A program made the position numbers and the translations under genes. This document shows positions 46,982 through 57,309 of a stretch of 58,976 bases of DNA, piece by piece. The DNA is from an uncultured Thermodesulfobacteriota bacterium (GTDB lineage Bacteria; Desulfobacterota; GWC2-55-46; JADFVP01): NCBI GenBank assembly GCA_964567185.1, contig CAZMKZ010000005.1, forward strand, positions 1 through 58,976, in the 5' to 3' direction. How positions within the stretch are numbered: the first letter of the stretch is position 1; each line of letters opens with the position of its first letter. The notes under the pieces were generated by a model, which ran no database searches, had not been told where the DNA came from, and saw only the letters and a program-made list of their open reading frames with translations.

Positions 46982-49531
46982 TCAGACTTTTTTTATCTTC
47001 ACCACAGGGACTGAGACCCCTGCGGTAAAAAACCGGCCCACAGGCACATCGGGAAAAAACTCCGGTATAAAGGCCACGCCCTCTTTCATGCCCTTTCTGA
47101 GCTTGACGGGCAGTATAACCTCGTATCTGTTGCCACTGACCGAGACTTCCTCGCCGTTGGCAACACCGAGCGCAGATGCCTCGGCCTCGCTTATCTCTAC
47201 GTAGGCGCCCTTCTGAAGCCCCGTAAGGGTGGGTGATAGATGTGAGAGAGCGCCTGAATGAAAGAGGCTATTTCCAGTTATGAGGAAAAACTCTCCCTTC
47301 TCTGCACCCTTTACGGCGGGCCAGTCAGAAGGCAGAGGCCCGGGCGTAAAGCCGCCCTCCTTGCCGCCTACGAGGGCCTTCCTGTTGTCGAGTTTATTGA
47401 GTTTATTCTTTTTGTTGTTAAACTCAAGGCTTACCCCCGCGTATATGGGAGCTTCATCCCTGATTTCCGTAAATACCTGTTGCGAAGAGGTATCTTTCAC
47501 GTCCACGCTACCCCCTGAGAGGGCCTCTATCGCCGAGGCTATTATCTTAAGGTCCGCCTTGGCCGCCCCGGGCGGGCGTTGCAGACGCCTTATGGCCTGA
47601 ACACGGCCTTCCTGATTCGTAAAGGTCCCTTCCTTCTCCGCCGGAAAGGCACCGGGCAGGACGCAGTCCGCAAGGGCCGCCGTCTCTGTCATAAAGGTAT
47701 CCTGCACTACAAGAAACTTCAGCTTTGTGAGGGCGCTACCCGCGTCCACACCCCTTGGATGGTGGTCCCTCACAAGGTCCATACCGATTATATACATTGC
47801 CTCAAGGACGCCGTCATTGGCCGCCTTGAGCATTTTGCTTGTGCCAAGCCCGGGGTTGGCGGCCCTGGCGTACCCCGGCCCAAGCCCTGGCAATACGCCC
47901 ATCTCCCAGGCCCCTCTCTGGTTGGCCCTGTCAAGCACTGGCAGGATGCGGACCTCTTTGCCAAGCGCCCTGAGGAGATCAGACAAAAGCCCGAGGGCGG
48001 ATAAACCATCGCTCTGCCTCAGCAGATCCGTTCCGGCCGTTATACCCACGCTCTCGGAGCGGCAGAGCCTTTTGGCAAGGGCATCCAACTCTTCGGCGGT
48101 AATACCCGCTTCATCCAGAAGGGCGGTAACGCGGAGGCCGCCCAGTTCATGGGCCCGTGAAAACCCCTGCAATTTTTCTTTGCAAGACTCATATACGGAT
48201 AGGGCCGTTGCCTTCATGAGGGCGCCGAGTCCTCCGGGTATATGCCTTATGCTAAGGCCGGCCGAGGCGTCGAGCTTCATATCCCTCGGCGAGACCACTA
48301 CTACGGAAGAGCCGCGCTCCGTGGAAATACGGCGCGCCGTGTAATCCACCACAGGGTTCTCTTCAGAGAGCTGGGTGCCTGCCACAAGAAGGGTATCGGA
48401 CTCCATAACGTCAAAGACGCTTACGCCGCCCTCCGCAAGCCCTGCCGCGGCGATATAGTTCTCAACCGCAAGGGGGTCCCATCTTGTGGTTGAATCCACG
48501 TTGGGGCTCCCAAGGGCGGAGCGCATGAGTTTGCCAAAGAGATAGAGCTCCTCGTTGGTCAATATGGGCGAGGCGATGCCGCCTATTTTCGCGCCCCGCA
48601 TACCGGAGAGTCCCTTTGCCATATAATCAAAGGCCTCGTCCCATGTGGCGGGCTCCAGTTTGCCGAATTTTCTGATAAGCGGCGTGGTAAGCCGCCGGTC
48701 GGAGTTTATAAAGTCGAAACCAAACCTGCCGCGCGCGCAGAGTGTCTCGCTATTGATGCCCACGCCAAGCTGCGCCCTGGCCCTTATGACCTCGCCGTCG
48801 CGCTCCTCTACTACCATCCTGCAGCCCGTGGCGCAGTAGGGGCAGACCGTGTCCGCGCCCTTCAGGTCCCATGGCCTCGCCTTATACCTGTAGGGGAGCC
48901 GCATGAAACAACCCACGGGGCATACCTCAATGCAGTTGCCGTCGTGGTCGCAGTTCAGATAGCTCCGTAAAAAGCTCGTCTCTTCCTGATGATGGCCTCT
49001 GCCAAGAGAGGCGAGGACGCTCTGGCCAACTACCTCGTCGCAGACCCTCACGCATCTCAGGCACTGGACGCACCGGTTGGAGTTTTTCACTATTACGGGG
49101 CTGAGTATGTAATCTTTCTCATGAAACCTGTACTTGGTCTCGGCGAACCTGCCCGTTTCCGGGCCGTGCTTGTAGACCATGTCCTGCAACTCGCACTCGC
49201 CGCCCTTATCGCAGACAGGGCAATCAAGGGCGTGGTTAGAGAGGAAGAACTCGAGCACCCCCTGCCTTGCCTTGAGTATCTGCGGGGTCTCGGTCTGTAT
49301 GCTCATGCCTTCAATAACCGGGGTAATGCACGAGGGCTGGAGCTTTTTCTGACCCTCAACCTCCACAAGGCACATCCTGCACGAGCCCACGCCCATGAGG
49401 TCCGCCTGATAGCAAAAGGTGGGTATATCAAAACCCGCGTCCCTTGCGGCCTCAAGTATTAGCGTGCCTGCCTTTACGCGCAGTTCTTTGCCGTTTACGG
49501 TTACTGTTATCATAGTCGATTTATCGTTCAC
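46982..49531 (-). CDS. nuoG: NADH-quinone oxidoreductase subunit G (long form)
   Basis: N1b CY..CRMC..SC, N5 HALDCPVC..C, N4 CVQCLRC..CP, N7 CPYCATGC..C, EKEGTFTNQEGR. Confidence 0.95.
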   Translation of the reverse strand: MNDKSTMITVTVNGKELRVKAGTLILEAARDAGFDIPTFCYQADLMGVGSCRMCLVEVEGQKKLQPSCITPVIEGMSIQTETPQILKARQGVLEFFLSNHALDCPVCDKGGECELQDMVYKHGPETGRFAETKYRFHEKDYILSPVIVKNSNRCVQCLRCVRVCDEVVGQSVLASLGRGHHQEETSFLRSYLNCDHDGNCIEVCPVGCFMRLPYRYKARPWDLKGADTVCPYCATGCRMVVEERDGEVIRARAQLGVGINSETLCARGRFGFDFINSDRRLTTPLIRKFGKLEPATWDEAFDYMAKGLSGMRGAKIGGIASPILTNEELYLFGKLMRSALGSPNVDSTTRWDPLAVENYIAAAGLAEGGVSVFDVMESDTLLVAGTQLSEENPVVDYTARRISTERGSSVVVVSPRDMKLDASAGLSIRHIPGGLGALMKATALSVYESCKEKLQGFSRAHELGGLRVTALLDEAGITAEELDALAKRLCRSESVGITAGTDLLRQSDGLSALGLLSDLLRALGKEVRILPVLDRANQRGAWEMGVLPGLGPGYARAANPGLGTSKMLKAANDGVLEAMYIIGMDLVRDHHPRGVDAGSALTKLKFLVVQDTFMTETAALADCVLPGAFPAEKEGTFTNQEGRVQAIRRLQRPPGAAKADLKIIASAIEALSGGSVDVKDTSSQQVFTEIRDEAPIYAGVSLEFNNKKNKLNKLDNRKALVGGKEGGFTPGPLPSDWPAVKGAEKGEFFLITGNSLFHSGALSHLSPTLTGLQKGAYVEISEAEASALGVANGEEVSVSGNRYEVILPVKLRKGMKEGVAFIPEFFPDVPVGRFFTAGVSVPVVKIKKV

Positions 49532-49576
49532 GCTCTATCTTATATTATCCCGAACCTGTCTCGTATCCGTGGCGGC

Positions 49577-50833
49577 TCAGCCCATGCAGCTTTTATGGGC
49601 CACGTGATAAAGAAACTCGTCTCTGAAGTTATTAAGGGCTCCGCGCAGGGCCATGACCGCTCCGTCGCCAAGGGGGCAGAAGGTCCGGCCGAAGATGTTC
49701 TCGCAGAGCTCATCGAGAAGATCAATGTCTCCGGGCCTTCCCTCGCCATGCTCAAGACGCTTAAGTATCTTCGTAAGCCATATAGTACCCTCGCGGCAGG
49801 GTGTGCATTTGCCGCAGGACTCGTGGCTGAAAAAGCGGTTTGTTATATAGGCGACCTTCACCATGCAGGTGCCCTCTTCCATTACTATTACCGCACCCGA
49901 GCCGAGCATGGTGCCCTTTGCGCCCATTGACTCAAAGTCCATGGGGGTGTCAAGGTCCGCGGGCAATAGCATGGGCGCGCTCACGCCTCCGGGTATTACG
50001 GCCTTCAGGGGTTTATCGCCCCTCATGCCGCCGCAGGGCCCGTAGATAAGCTCACGGAGGGTAGTGCCCATGGGAAGCTCATACAACCCGGGCTTTTTCA
50101 CATGGCCGCTTACGCAGAATATTTTCGGCCCCGGGCTCTTTTCCGTGCCCATGGATTTAAACCACTCAACGCCCTTCTCTATGATGGCCGGCACGCACGA
50201 AAGGGTCTCTACGTTATTGATGACCGTAGGCTTGCCGTAAAGCCCGGCAAGGGCCGGGAAAGGGGGCTTTTTGCGGGGCTGGCCCCGGCCGCCCTCAAGG
50301 GATTCGAGAAGGGCCGTCTCCTCGCCGCATATATAGGCCCCGGCGCCGCGGTGCACATACATATCAAGAGAAAAATCAGAACCGAATATATTTTTACCAA
50401 GAAAACCCTCTCGATAGGCCTCGTCAATGGCAACCTCAAGGCGTCTTGCGCCAAACTCGAACTCGCCCCTGATATAGATGTAGCCCGTGGCCGCGCCTAT
50501 GGCGTAACTCGTTATCATCATGCCCTCAAGGAGCAGATGGGGGTCGTTGTCCATAATACCCCTGTCCTTGAAGGTCCCGGGCTCGCCCTCGTCGGCGTTG
50601 CAGCAGAGGTATTTGTCAAGGTCGGGGTCTTTTGGGATAAAGCTCCACTTAAGGCCCGTTGGGAAACCCGCTCCTCCGCGGCCCCGGAGCCCCGAGTCTT
50701 TTATCCGCTGTATGATATCATCACGGCCAAGCTTCAGGGCCTCCCGCACAGCCCTGTACCCGCCGTTCCGGATATAAGACTCAATCTTATGGGACTCGGG
50801 CTTATTTATGTTTTTAAGTAAGACCTGCTCCAA
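49577..50833 (-). CDS. nuoF: NADH-quinone oxidoreductase subunit F
   Basis: GRGGAGF, NADEGEPGTFKD, YICGEETA, SCGKCTPCREG. Confidence 0.98.
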   Translation of the reverse strand: MEQVLLKNINKPESHKIESYIRNGGYRAVREALKLGRDDIIQRIKDSGLRGRGGAGFPTGLKWSFIPKDPDLDKYLCCNADEGEPGTFKDRGIMDNDPHLLLEGMMITSYAIGAATGYIYIRGEFEFGARRLEVAIDEAYREGFLGKNIFGSDFSLDMYVHRGAGAYICGEETALLESLEGGRGQPRKKPPFPALAGLYGKPTVINNVETLSCVPAIIEKGVEWFKSMGTEKSPGPKIFCVSGHVKKPGLYELPMGTTLRELIYGPCGGMRGDKPLKAVIPGGVSAPMLLPADLDTPMDFESMGAKGTMLGSGAVIVMEEGTCMVKVAYITNRFFSHESCGKCTPCREGTIWLTKILKRLEHGEGRPGDIDLLDELCENIFGRTFCPLGDGAVMALRGALNNFRDEFLYHVAHKSCMG

Positions 50834-50846
50834 AACGTCTTGTCCT

Positions 50847-51317
50847 TTATTCGAGACTATTTAATATGTCGTCTACCTTCTCGGGCGTAAGGTCCTCGTA
50901 AAAATCATCGTTTATCTGCATCATGGGCGCCGTGCCGCAGGAGCCGAGACACTCGGCCGTGGAGAGGGTAAATTTATCATCAGAAGTCGTCCCTCCCGTC
51001 TTTATGCCGAGGACCTCCTCTATATGGGCTATGATGCGCTCGGCCTCAAGGAGGGCGCAGGAGATATTCCTGCATACCTGTATATGGTACCTGCCCACGG
51101 GTTTCTTGAAATTATACATCGTGTAAAAAGAGGCCACGGCATTGACCTCGTTGGTCCTTATTCCGAGAATAGCGGCTATCTCTTCCATGTCGCCTCTCGT
51201 AAGATTGCCTTCGCAGTCCTTCTGCACAAGCATAAGGGCGTCCATGACGGCGCTCCTCTTGTTGTAATACTTGGCCGTCCTCTTGAGTATCTCTTCTCTG
51301 ACCTTATCTCTAATCAT
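50847..51317 (-). CDS. nuoE: NADH-quinone oxidoreductase subunit E
   Basis: SFYTMY, CRNISC, CLGSC. Confidence 0.96.
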   Translation of the reverse strand: MIRDKVREEILKRTAKYYNKRSAVMDALMLVQKDCEGNLTRGDMEEIAAILGIRTNEVNAVASFYTMYNFKKPVGRYHIQVCRNISCALLEAERIIAHIEEVLGIKTGGTTSDDKFTLSTAECLGSCGTAPMMQINDDFYEDLTPEKVDDILNSLE

Positions 51318-51362
51318 GCTCTGTAATCCCTTGCCGCAATACTCTATAAGACAATAAAAACC

Positions 51363-52553
51363 CTATTTATCGCATTCACCGAATACGGGGTCAAGGCTTG
51401 AGAGGGTGGCGATAACATCGGCCATATAGCCGCCTGTGCAGAGGTGGTCCATGGTCTGCAGGTTCATGAATGTAGGCACCCGTATCTTGAGCCTGTATGG
51501 TTTTTCCGTGCCGTCGCTGACTATATACACTCCCAGCTCGCCCTTGGGGGCCTCGATGGCGGAGTATATCTCTCCGCGCGGCACGCTGAACCCCTGTGAG
51601 ACGTACTTGAAGTGGTGTATGAGATTTTCCATATTCTTGTAGACGCCCGGTTTGGGAGGGGGCACTATATGAGGGTCGTCAACGACAAAGGGACCGGAGG
51701 GCATCTTCTCAACGGCCTGCTCTATTATCCGCAGAGACTGCTTTATCTCCTCCATCCTCACGAGATACCTGTCCATGCAGTCGCCGTTATCGCCGGTGAC
51801 CACATCAAAGTGAAGTCTGTCATAGACAAGATAGGGTTCGTCTTTTCTGATATCCCAGTCAACGCCGCTGGCGCGAAGCGCCGGGCCGCTGAGCCCGAGG
51901 TCGAGGGCGTCTCCGGCGGAGATTACGCCTACCCCCCTGTTCCTGTCTAACCATACCCTGTTCTTGTTAAGTATCCTCTCGTACTCGCCGAGCCTCTCGG
52001 GCATCAGCTTAATAATGTCTCTGCAGGCAACGGCGCACTCGTCGGTAAAATCATAGCGCACTCCTCCGACACGAAGGTATGTGAGCGTCATCCTCGCCCC
52101 GCAGAGCCTCTCGAAGATATCAAGGACCATCTCCCGCTCTCTTATGGCGTAAAGGAGTATGCTCATGGCCCCCAGATCAACGGCCCAGGCCCCTATGCCC
52201 ATGAGATGACCGGCTATCCTTGAGAGTTCGGCAGCTACAACCCTTATATATTGGGCCCTTTCCGGAACCTCCATATCAAGGAGCTTCTCAACCGCCATGA
52301 CATAGGCAAGGTTATTGCTCATGGCGCACATGTAGTCAAGCCTGTCGGTATAGGGGACGAACTGATGGTAGAGAAGGTTCTCGGCTATCTTCTCCGTGCC
52401 CCTGTGCAGATACCCTATATCAGGCTCGGCGCTCACTATTTTTTCGCCCTCCACCCTGAGTATAAGGTGCAGGACACCATGGGTAGACGGATGCTGAGGC
52501 CCCATGTGGACCATGAGGTCTTTAGTCTTTATAAGATTATCAGGAGTTGTCAT
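51363..52553 (-). CDS. nuoD: NADH-quinone oxidoreductase subunit D
   Basis: MGPQHPSTHGVL, GYLHRGTEK, DRLDY, EAPKGE, DPVFGECDK. Confidence 0.98.
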   Translation of the reverse strand: MTTPDNLIKTKDLMVHMGPQHPSTHGVLHLILRVEGEKIVSAEPDIGYLHRGTEKIAENLLYHQFVPYTDRLDYMCAMSNNLAYVMAVEKLLDMEVPERAQYIRVVAAELSRIAGHLMGIGAWAVDLGAMSILLYAIREREMVLDIFERLCGARMTLTYLRVGGVRYDFTDECAVACRDIIKLMPERLGEYERILNKNRVWLDRNRGVGVISAGDALDLGLSGPALRASGVDWDIRKDEPYLVYDRLHFDVVTGDNGDCMDRYLVRMEEIKQSLRIIEQAVEKMPSGPFVVDDPHIVPPPKPGVYKNMENLIHHFKYVSQGFSVPRGEIYSAIEAPKGELGVYIVSDGTEKPYRLKIRVPTFMNLQTMDHLCTGGYMADVIATLSSLDPVFGECDK

Positions 52554-52668
52554 GACTAAGCCTTACCCGCTAAAAACCTGTTTTAAGAAACTCTGCTAAA
52601 ATCCACGAAAAGAACTCGCCCCTAACTGCCACACACGAACCTGCCGCTGACATCGGCCCAAGGGTTCG

Positions 52669-53172
52669 CTACTCGGGCTCTTCGCCGTAGGGATTGTACT
52701 CGTCCTTGTATCCCCTCAAGGGGTAGTCCTTTCTCATGGGAAAACCCTCCCAGTCTTCGGCGAGATATATGCGCCGCAGATCCGGATGCCCCGTAAAGAC
52801 AATGCCGAACATATCATAGGCCTCGCGCTCGGGAAAGTTGGCCGAACGCCAGATATCGGTGACTGAGGGAATCTCCTCACCGTCATTGAGCCTTACCTTG
52901 AGCCTTATTCTCAGCTTTGTGCTCGTGGAATAGAGGTGATATACCACCTCGAAACGTGGAAGGCGGTCGAGATAGTCCACTCCCGCGACATCGACAAGAT
53001 AGTTCATCTTAATGTCCCTGGCCATCTTCAGGTAACCGCAGAGGCCCTTTATGGCCCTCTTTTTCACAAGGTGCGTTACCTCGCCGCGAAAGACCGTGGT
53101 CTCGATTACATCGTCCCTGAAGGTAGAGGCGATTTGGTCTACGAGTATGCTCTTTTTCTCATCGCTAAGCAT
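52669..53172 (-). CDS. nuoC: NADH-quinone oxidoreductase subunit C
   Basis: EREAYDMFGI.F.GHPDLRRI..PMRKDYP. Confidence 0.97.
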   Translation of the reverse strand: MLSDEKKSILVDQIASTFRDDVIETTVFRGEVTHLVKKRAIKGLCGYLKMARDIKMNYLVDVAGVDYLDRLPRFEVVYHLYSTSTKLRIRLKVRLNDGEEIPSVTDIWRSANFPEREAYDMFGIVFTGHPDLRRIYLAEDWEGFPMRKDYPLRGYKDEYNPYGEEPE

Positions 53173-53739
53173 CTAAAACGTTTTTATACCTCTCTCCTGC
53201 AGGACAAAGGGGTGCTCTTTCTTTATCTTTTCCATAAGCTCCAGAAATCCGTAAAGAAGGGCGTCGGGACGGGGCGGACATCCGGGCACATATACATCAA
53301 CGGGTATGACAAGGTCCGAGCCCTGCACCACGGCGTAGGTGTTGTATGGGCCGCCGGCAGAGGCGCAGCCGCCCATGGCCACCACCCATCTCGGTTCGGA
53401 CATCTGGTCGTAAAGGGTCCTCACCATGGGGGCTATCTTCTTTGTCATGGTTCCGGCCACGATCATAACGTCGGATTGCCTCGGCGACGGCCTGAAGACC
53501 ATGCCCATCCTGTCCGTATCATAACGGGAGCAGGCGGCGCATATCATCTCAATGGCGCAGCAGGCAAGGCCGAAGGTCATGGGCCAGAGAGAAGAAGTAC
53601 GGCCCCAGTTGACAACGGTCTTTGTAACGACGTTATCCTTCACCGTCTTCATAAGCGGATTATCCCTCAAGATATCCGTAATGGTTTCAAGGCTCGTAAA
53701 AAGCGCCACATCTTCCATGGGGTTTTTCTTCAAAGTCAT
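53173..53739 (-). CDS. nuoB: NADH-quinone oxidoreductase subunit B
   Basis: [23 protein letters not shown]; start probably ATG 53739. Confidence 0.97.
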   Translation of the reverse strand: MTLKKNPMEDVALFTSLETITDILRDNPLMKTVKDNVVTKTVVNWGRTSSLWPMTFGLACCAIEMICAACSRYDTDRMGMVFRPSPRQSDVMIVAGTMTKKIAPMVRTLYDQMSEPRWVVAMGGCASAGGPYNTYAVVQGSDLVIPVDVYVPGCPPRPDALLYGFLELMEKIKKEHPFVLQERGIKTF

Positions 53740-53764
53740 ATAAGAACCTCGGCAACGGTAGATA

Positions 53765-54130
53765 TCAGACCCATTCAAGCGCTCCTTTCACCCAGGCGTA
53801 GATAAGCCCCAGGGCGAGTATGGCGATAAAGATGACCATCTCTATAAAGATAAAGCCGGAGATGCCTTTATCCGTAAGGAGCGTGGCCCATGGGAAGAGA
53901 AATAGCGTCTCAACGTCAAAGACGATAAAAAGTATGGCTATTATGAAGTAATGGACATGGAAGTGCCCGGCGTTGGCATCGCCTGTAGGCTCAACGCCGC
54001 ATTCCCATGGAGAGAGTTTTTCTTTGTAGGGATTTTTGGGGCGAAGCAGAGAACTCATAAACAGGACGCCGCAGGCCATGGCGGAGGCGATTGCCAGCAT
54101 AATGAGTATCGGCAGATATGCGATAAGCAT
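53765..54130 (-). CDS. nuoA: NADH-quinone oxidoreductase subunit A
   Basis: PWECG, FIVFDVE..FLFPW, KGALEW. Confidence 0.97.
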   Translation of the reverse strand: MLIAYLPILIMLAIASAMACGVLFMSSLLRPKNPYKEKLSPWECGVEPTGDANAGHFHVHYFIIAILFIVFDVETLFLFPWATLLTDKGISGFIFIEMVIFIAILALGLIYAWVKGALEWV

Positions 54131-54251
54131 TACTCTCTCCCCTGATACCTGAAAGGTTTAGCCCCTGCAACAGGCTTTTTGCCGGAACGACGCGTCTGGC
54201 CCGCTTCCTGATTACATTTGTTACACTTTAAAGTCTTTTAAGGGTTCTGGT

Positions 54252-54302
54252 AAGATAAAACAAGTCAGTCTCTTTGTCAAGATTAAAAAGTATACTGTAT
54301 AC
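54252..54302 (-). promoter_or_regulatory. nuo promoter with upstream dyad operator
   Basis: TTGACA(54275-80)-17 nt-TATCTT(54252-57); GTATAC-T-GTATAC at 54290-54302. Confidence 0.65.
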
Positions 54303-54374
54303 AAAAACCTGAAGGGGCTAATATACGTCCCCGGCAATGCCCGCCTTGCCGGGGTAAGGCAGGGGGCCCGGATT

Positions 54375-55178
54375 TCAGAGCCTGAATAGGTCCTTTCTCC
54401 TGTCCTTGAAGATGTCATTAAGGCGAGTTGCGGCCTTTACTCTGGCCCTCGAAGGCTCGATAAGCACGGCCGCGGCATCGGTGCCCGATGAGGGGGCCCT
54501 GTATAGCACCTCTCCATCGGGGGAGACTATCTGGCTCTGCCCGATGAACCTCAGGGGTTCGCCCTTTCGCCTCTGCTCCACCCCGGCCCTGTTGGCGGTA
54601 ATGGCGTAGACTTTGTTCTCAAGGCACCTCGTAATCATGGCGGCGGGGCAATGGGGAAGGACAAGGTTCGACGGATGGCATATGATATCGGCGCCCCTGA
54701 GGCTCAAGGTCCGGGCCACCTCTGGAAAGTACCAGTCAAAGCATATCATCATGGCCAGCCTTACCCCCTTCACCTCAAATACATCGAAGGGCGTGTCGCC
54801 GGGGGTAAAGATGTTTTTTTCGCGCCAGAACAGATGGGCCTTCCTGTAAACCGCCACAAAACCCTGCGGTGAAATAAGGACGGAGGAGTTAAAGAGCTTT
54901 TTGCCGCACCGCTCAAGGATACCTGCGACGATAATTGCGCCCGAAGATGAGGCCGCCTCAATAAGGGCCTTTGTGGTGGCCCCATGCGGGACCTCTTCGG
55001 CAAGGCCCATGGCCTCGGCCTTTGAACGGAACTGATACCCCGTAGAAAATAGCTCCGGCAGGACTACAAGCTCGGCCCCAAGGGCCTTTATCTCCTTAAT
55101 TGCGGCAACGGCGTTATCCTCCACCTGGCCGAAGGCCGGGTCTGTCTGTATAAATCCAACCCTCATGGTCTTTTTCAT
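54375..55178 (-). CDS. Carbon-nitrogen hydrolase (nitrilase superfamily)
   Basis: Catalytic E-K-C triad: LPELF, YRKAHLF, ICFDWYFPE. Confidence 0.93.
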   Translation of the reverse strand: MKKTMRVGFIQTDPAFGQVEDNAVAAIKEIKALGAELVVLPELFSTGYQFRSKAEAMGLAEEVPHGATTKALIEAASSSGAIIVAGILERCGKKLFNSSVLISPQGFVAVYRKAHLFWREKNIFTPGDTPFDVFEVKGVRLAMMICFDWYFPEVARTLSLRGADIICHPSNLVLPHCPAAMITRCLENKVYAITANRAGVEQRRKGEPLRFIGQSQIVSPDGEVLYRAPSSGTDAAAVLIEPSRARVKAATRLNDIFKDRRKDLFRL

Positions 55179-55399
55179 GCCACACGCCTTAACTTCTTTT
55201 ATTAACCATATCAGAGACTTCTAACAACAAAAGACCGGCCTGTCAAGCCCTTTGGCCACGGCCTTTACCGGGCTTATCAGCATCTGTCATGGCCCGGCAA
55301 AGTCAATGACCCGCGGGTCTTAAAAGTCAAGAGCGTACTTGAAAGAGGTCCCTGCCTGTGGTAGATTGCTTTTTTAACAAATACAAGAGGGACAGGGTT

Positions 55400-55687
55400 A
55401 TGGATATAGATAAAAAAGACGTTCTTCATGTGGCCGACCTCGCGAGGCTCGCCCTCACGGATAATGAGATTACGCTATACACGGAGCAGATGCGCAATAT
55501 TCTAAGCTATGTGGCAAAGCTCTCTGACCTTGATACCGCCTCGCTAAAGCCCTCGGCAGATAAGGACCCGGCAAGTGAGGGGACAAGAGAAGACGTAGTA
55601 GCCCCGTCGCTGACATCAGGGCAAGCCCTTCAGAACGCCCCGGAAAAAGCGCGGAGCTGTTTCAAGGTGCCGAGGATTATAGAATAG
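55400..55687 (+). CDS. gatC: Asp/Glu-tRNA amidotransferase subunit C
   Basis: [25 protein letters not shown]. Confidence 0.95.
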   Translation: MDIDKKDVLHVADLARLALTDNEITLYTEQMRNILSYVAKLSDLDTASLKPSADKDPASEGTREDVVAPSLTSGQALQNAPEKARSCFKVPRIIE

Positions 55688-55689
55688 GT

Positions 55690-57150
55690 ATGAGTATAAC
55701 CTCAAAGACAATAGCAACACTCTCGGGCCTGCTAAAAAAAGGGGAGATATCCTCGACGGAGGCAACAAAGGCATATCTTGAGAGGATAGCCGAGCTTGAC
55801 CCATCCCTTAACAGCTACATTACCGTTACCACGGAACGCGCCCTTGAGGACGCCGAAAGGGCCGACAAACAGCTTGCCTCGGGCAGGGGCCTTACGCGCC
55901 TTACAGGGGTGCCCATCTCCGTTAAGGACATCTTCTGCACCGCGGGGCTCAAAACCACCTGCGCATCGAAGATGCTCGCAGATTTTATACCGCCATACGA
56001 CGCCACGGTAGTAAAAAAGCTCAAATCCGCCGGGGCAGTTATCCTCGGCAAGACCAATATGGACGAGTTTGCCATGGGTTCATCCACGGAAAACTCGGCA
56101 TTCGGCCCCACGCTGAACCCATGGGCAAAAGACAGGGTTCCGGGGGGAAGTTCGGGCGGCTCCGCCGCTTCGGTTGCGGCGGACCTCTGCGCGGCCTCCA
56201 TTGGCACGGACACGGGCGGCTCCATACGCCAGCCGGCCTCGTGCTGCGGCGTTGTCGGGCTGAAACCCACTTACGGACGAATATCAAGGTACGGCATGAT
56301 AGCCTTTGCCTCTTCACTTGACCAGGCCGGCCCCCTTACAAAAGACGTATTGGACACCGCCATAATGCTCGGACTAATGGCGGGCAAAGACCCGGCAGAC
56401 TCCACATCCCTCCCGGCTTCCGTGCCGGACTACGCAGGGGCGCTCACCGCGGATGTAAAGGGGCTGAGGATAGGCATACCCTGCGAGTACTTCATAGAGG
56501 GCATGGACAGCGAGACTGAAGCCCTTGTTCGAGAGGCCATCAAGGTCCTCAAGGACGCGGGCGCCGCCATAGTGGATATATCGCTACCCCATACGGAGTA
56601 CGCCGTCAGCGTATATTACATCGTAGCCACGGCCGAGGCATCAAGCAACCTTGCCCGTTACGACGGCGTAAAATACGGCATGAGGGTTGATAAAGGCTCC
56701 GGGCTGATTGATATGTACAAGACCACCCGGGACGCGGGTTTCGGCGCCGAGGTAAAACGCCGGATAATGCTCGGCACATACGCATTGAGCTCCGGATACT
56801 ATGACGCCTACTACAAAAAGGCCACGGATGTGAGGGCAATGATAAAAAGTGACTTTACCGAGGCCTTCAAGTCCTGCGATGTTATCGCCACGCCCACGGC
56901 GCCGGCGCCGGCCTTCAAAATCAACGAGAGGACAAGCGAGCCCCTTACCATGTATCTCTCCGATATATTCACCATCTCATGCAACCTGGCGGGGCTGCCG
57001 GGAATATCCCTGCCCTGCGGCCTTACTTCAGCGGGCCTGCCCACGGGGCTTCAGTTAATAGGAAGGCCGCTCGAAGAGCAGAGCATCCTCAATACGGCCT
57101 ATGCCTACGAGCAGGCGGCAGGGCCGATTACTAAAAAACCGGAGTTATGA
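55690..57150 (+). CDS. gatA: Asp/Glu-tRNA amidotransferase subunit A
   Basis: [42 protein letters not shown]. Confidence 0.98.
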   Translation: MSITSKTIATLSGLLKKGEISSTEATKAYLERIAELDPSLNSYITVTTERALEDAERADKQLASGRGLTRLTGVPISVKDIFCTAGLKTTCASKMLADFIPPYDATVVKKLKSAGAVILGKTNMDEFAMGSSTENSAFGPTLNPWAKDRVPGGSSGGSAASVAADLCAASIGTDTGGSIRQPASCCGVVGLKPTYGRISRYGMIAFASSLDQAGPLTKDVLDTAIMLGLMAGKDPADSTSLPASVPDYAGALTADVKGLRIGIPCEYFIEGMDSETEALVREAIKVLKDAGAAIVDISLPHTEYAVSVYYIVATAEASSNLARYDGVKYGMRVDKGSGLIDMYKTTRDAGFGAEVKRRIMLGTYALSSGYYDAYYKKATDVRAMIKSDFTEAFKSCDVIATPTAPAPAFKINERTSEPLTMYLSDIFTISCNLAGLPGISLPCGLTSAGLPTGLQLIGRPLEEQSILNTAYAYEQAAGPITKKPEL

Positions 57151-57262
57151 AAACATTCCCGCTTTCTATTGAAAAAAAAGGCAGGATAACGACAACCCAC
57201 GAGAAAACAGGCGTAGCGCCATTAAAGACGCATCACGCGCTCCGCTCGCTTACATCTTGAAA

Positions 57263-57290
57263 GGATGGGCTTTGTTCGACGCAACCCATC
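57263..57290 (+). repeat. Degenerate REP-like palindrome
   Basis: GGATGGGC-TTTGTTCGACGCA-ACCCATC. Confidence 0.5.
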
Positions 57291-57309
57291 ACATATAAGA
57301 GGAAGGCCA

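Noticed and set aside
46982-49531. Formate dehydrogenase alpha subunit
   Set aside because: It lacks the catalytic Cys/Sec-His and sits in the nuoG position.
1270-53805. Numerous long plus-strand ORFs (e.g. 1270-2238, 11467-12426, 30909-31919, 52936-53805)
   Set aside because: Antisense shadows of well-supported minus-strand genes in GC-rich DNA, with no motifs.
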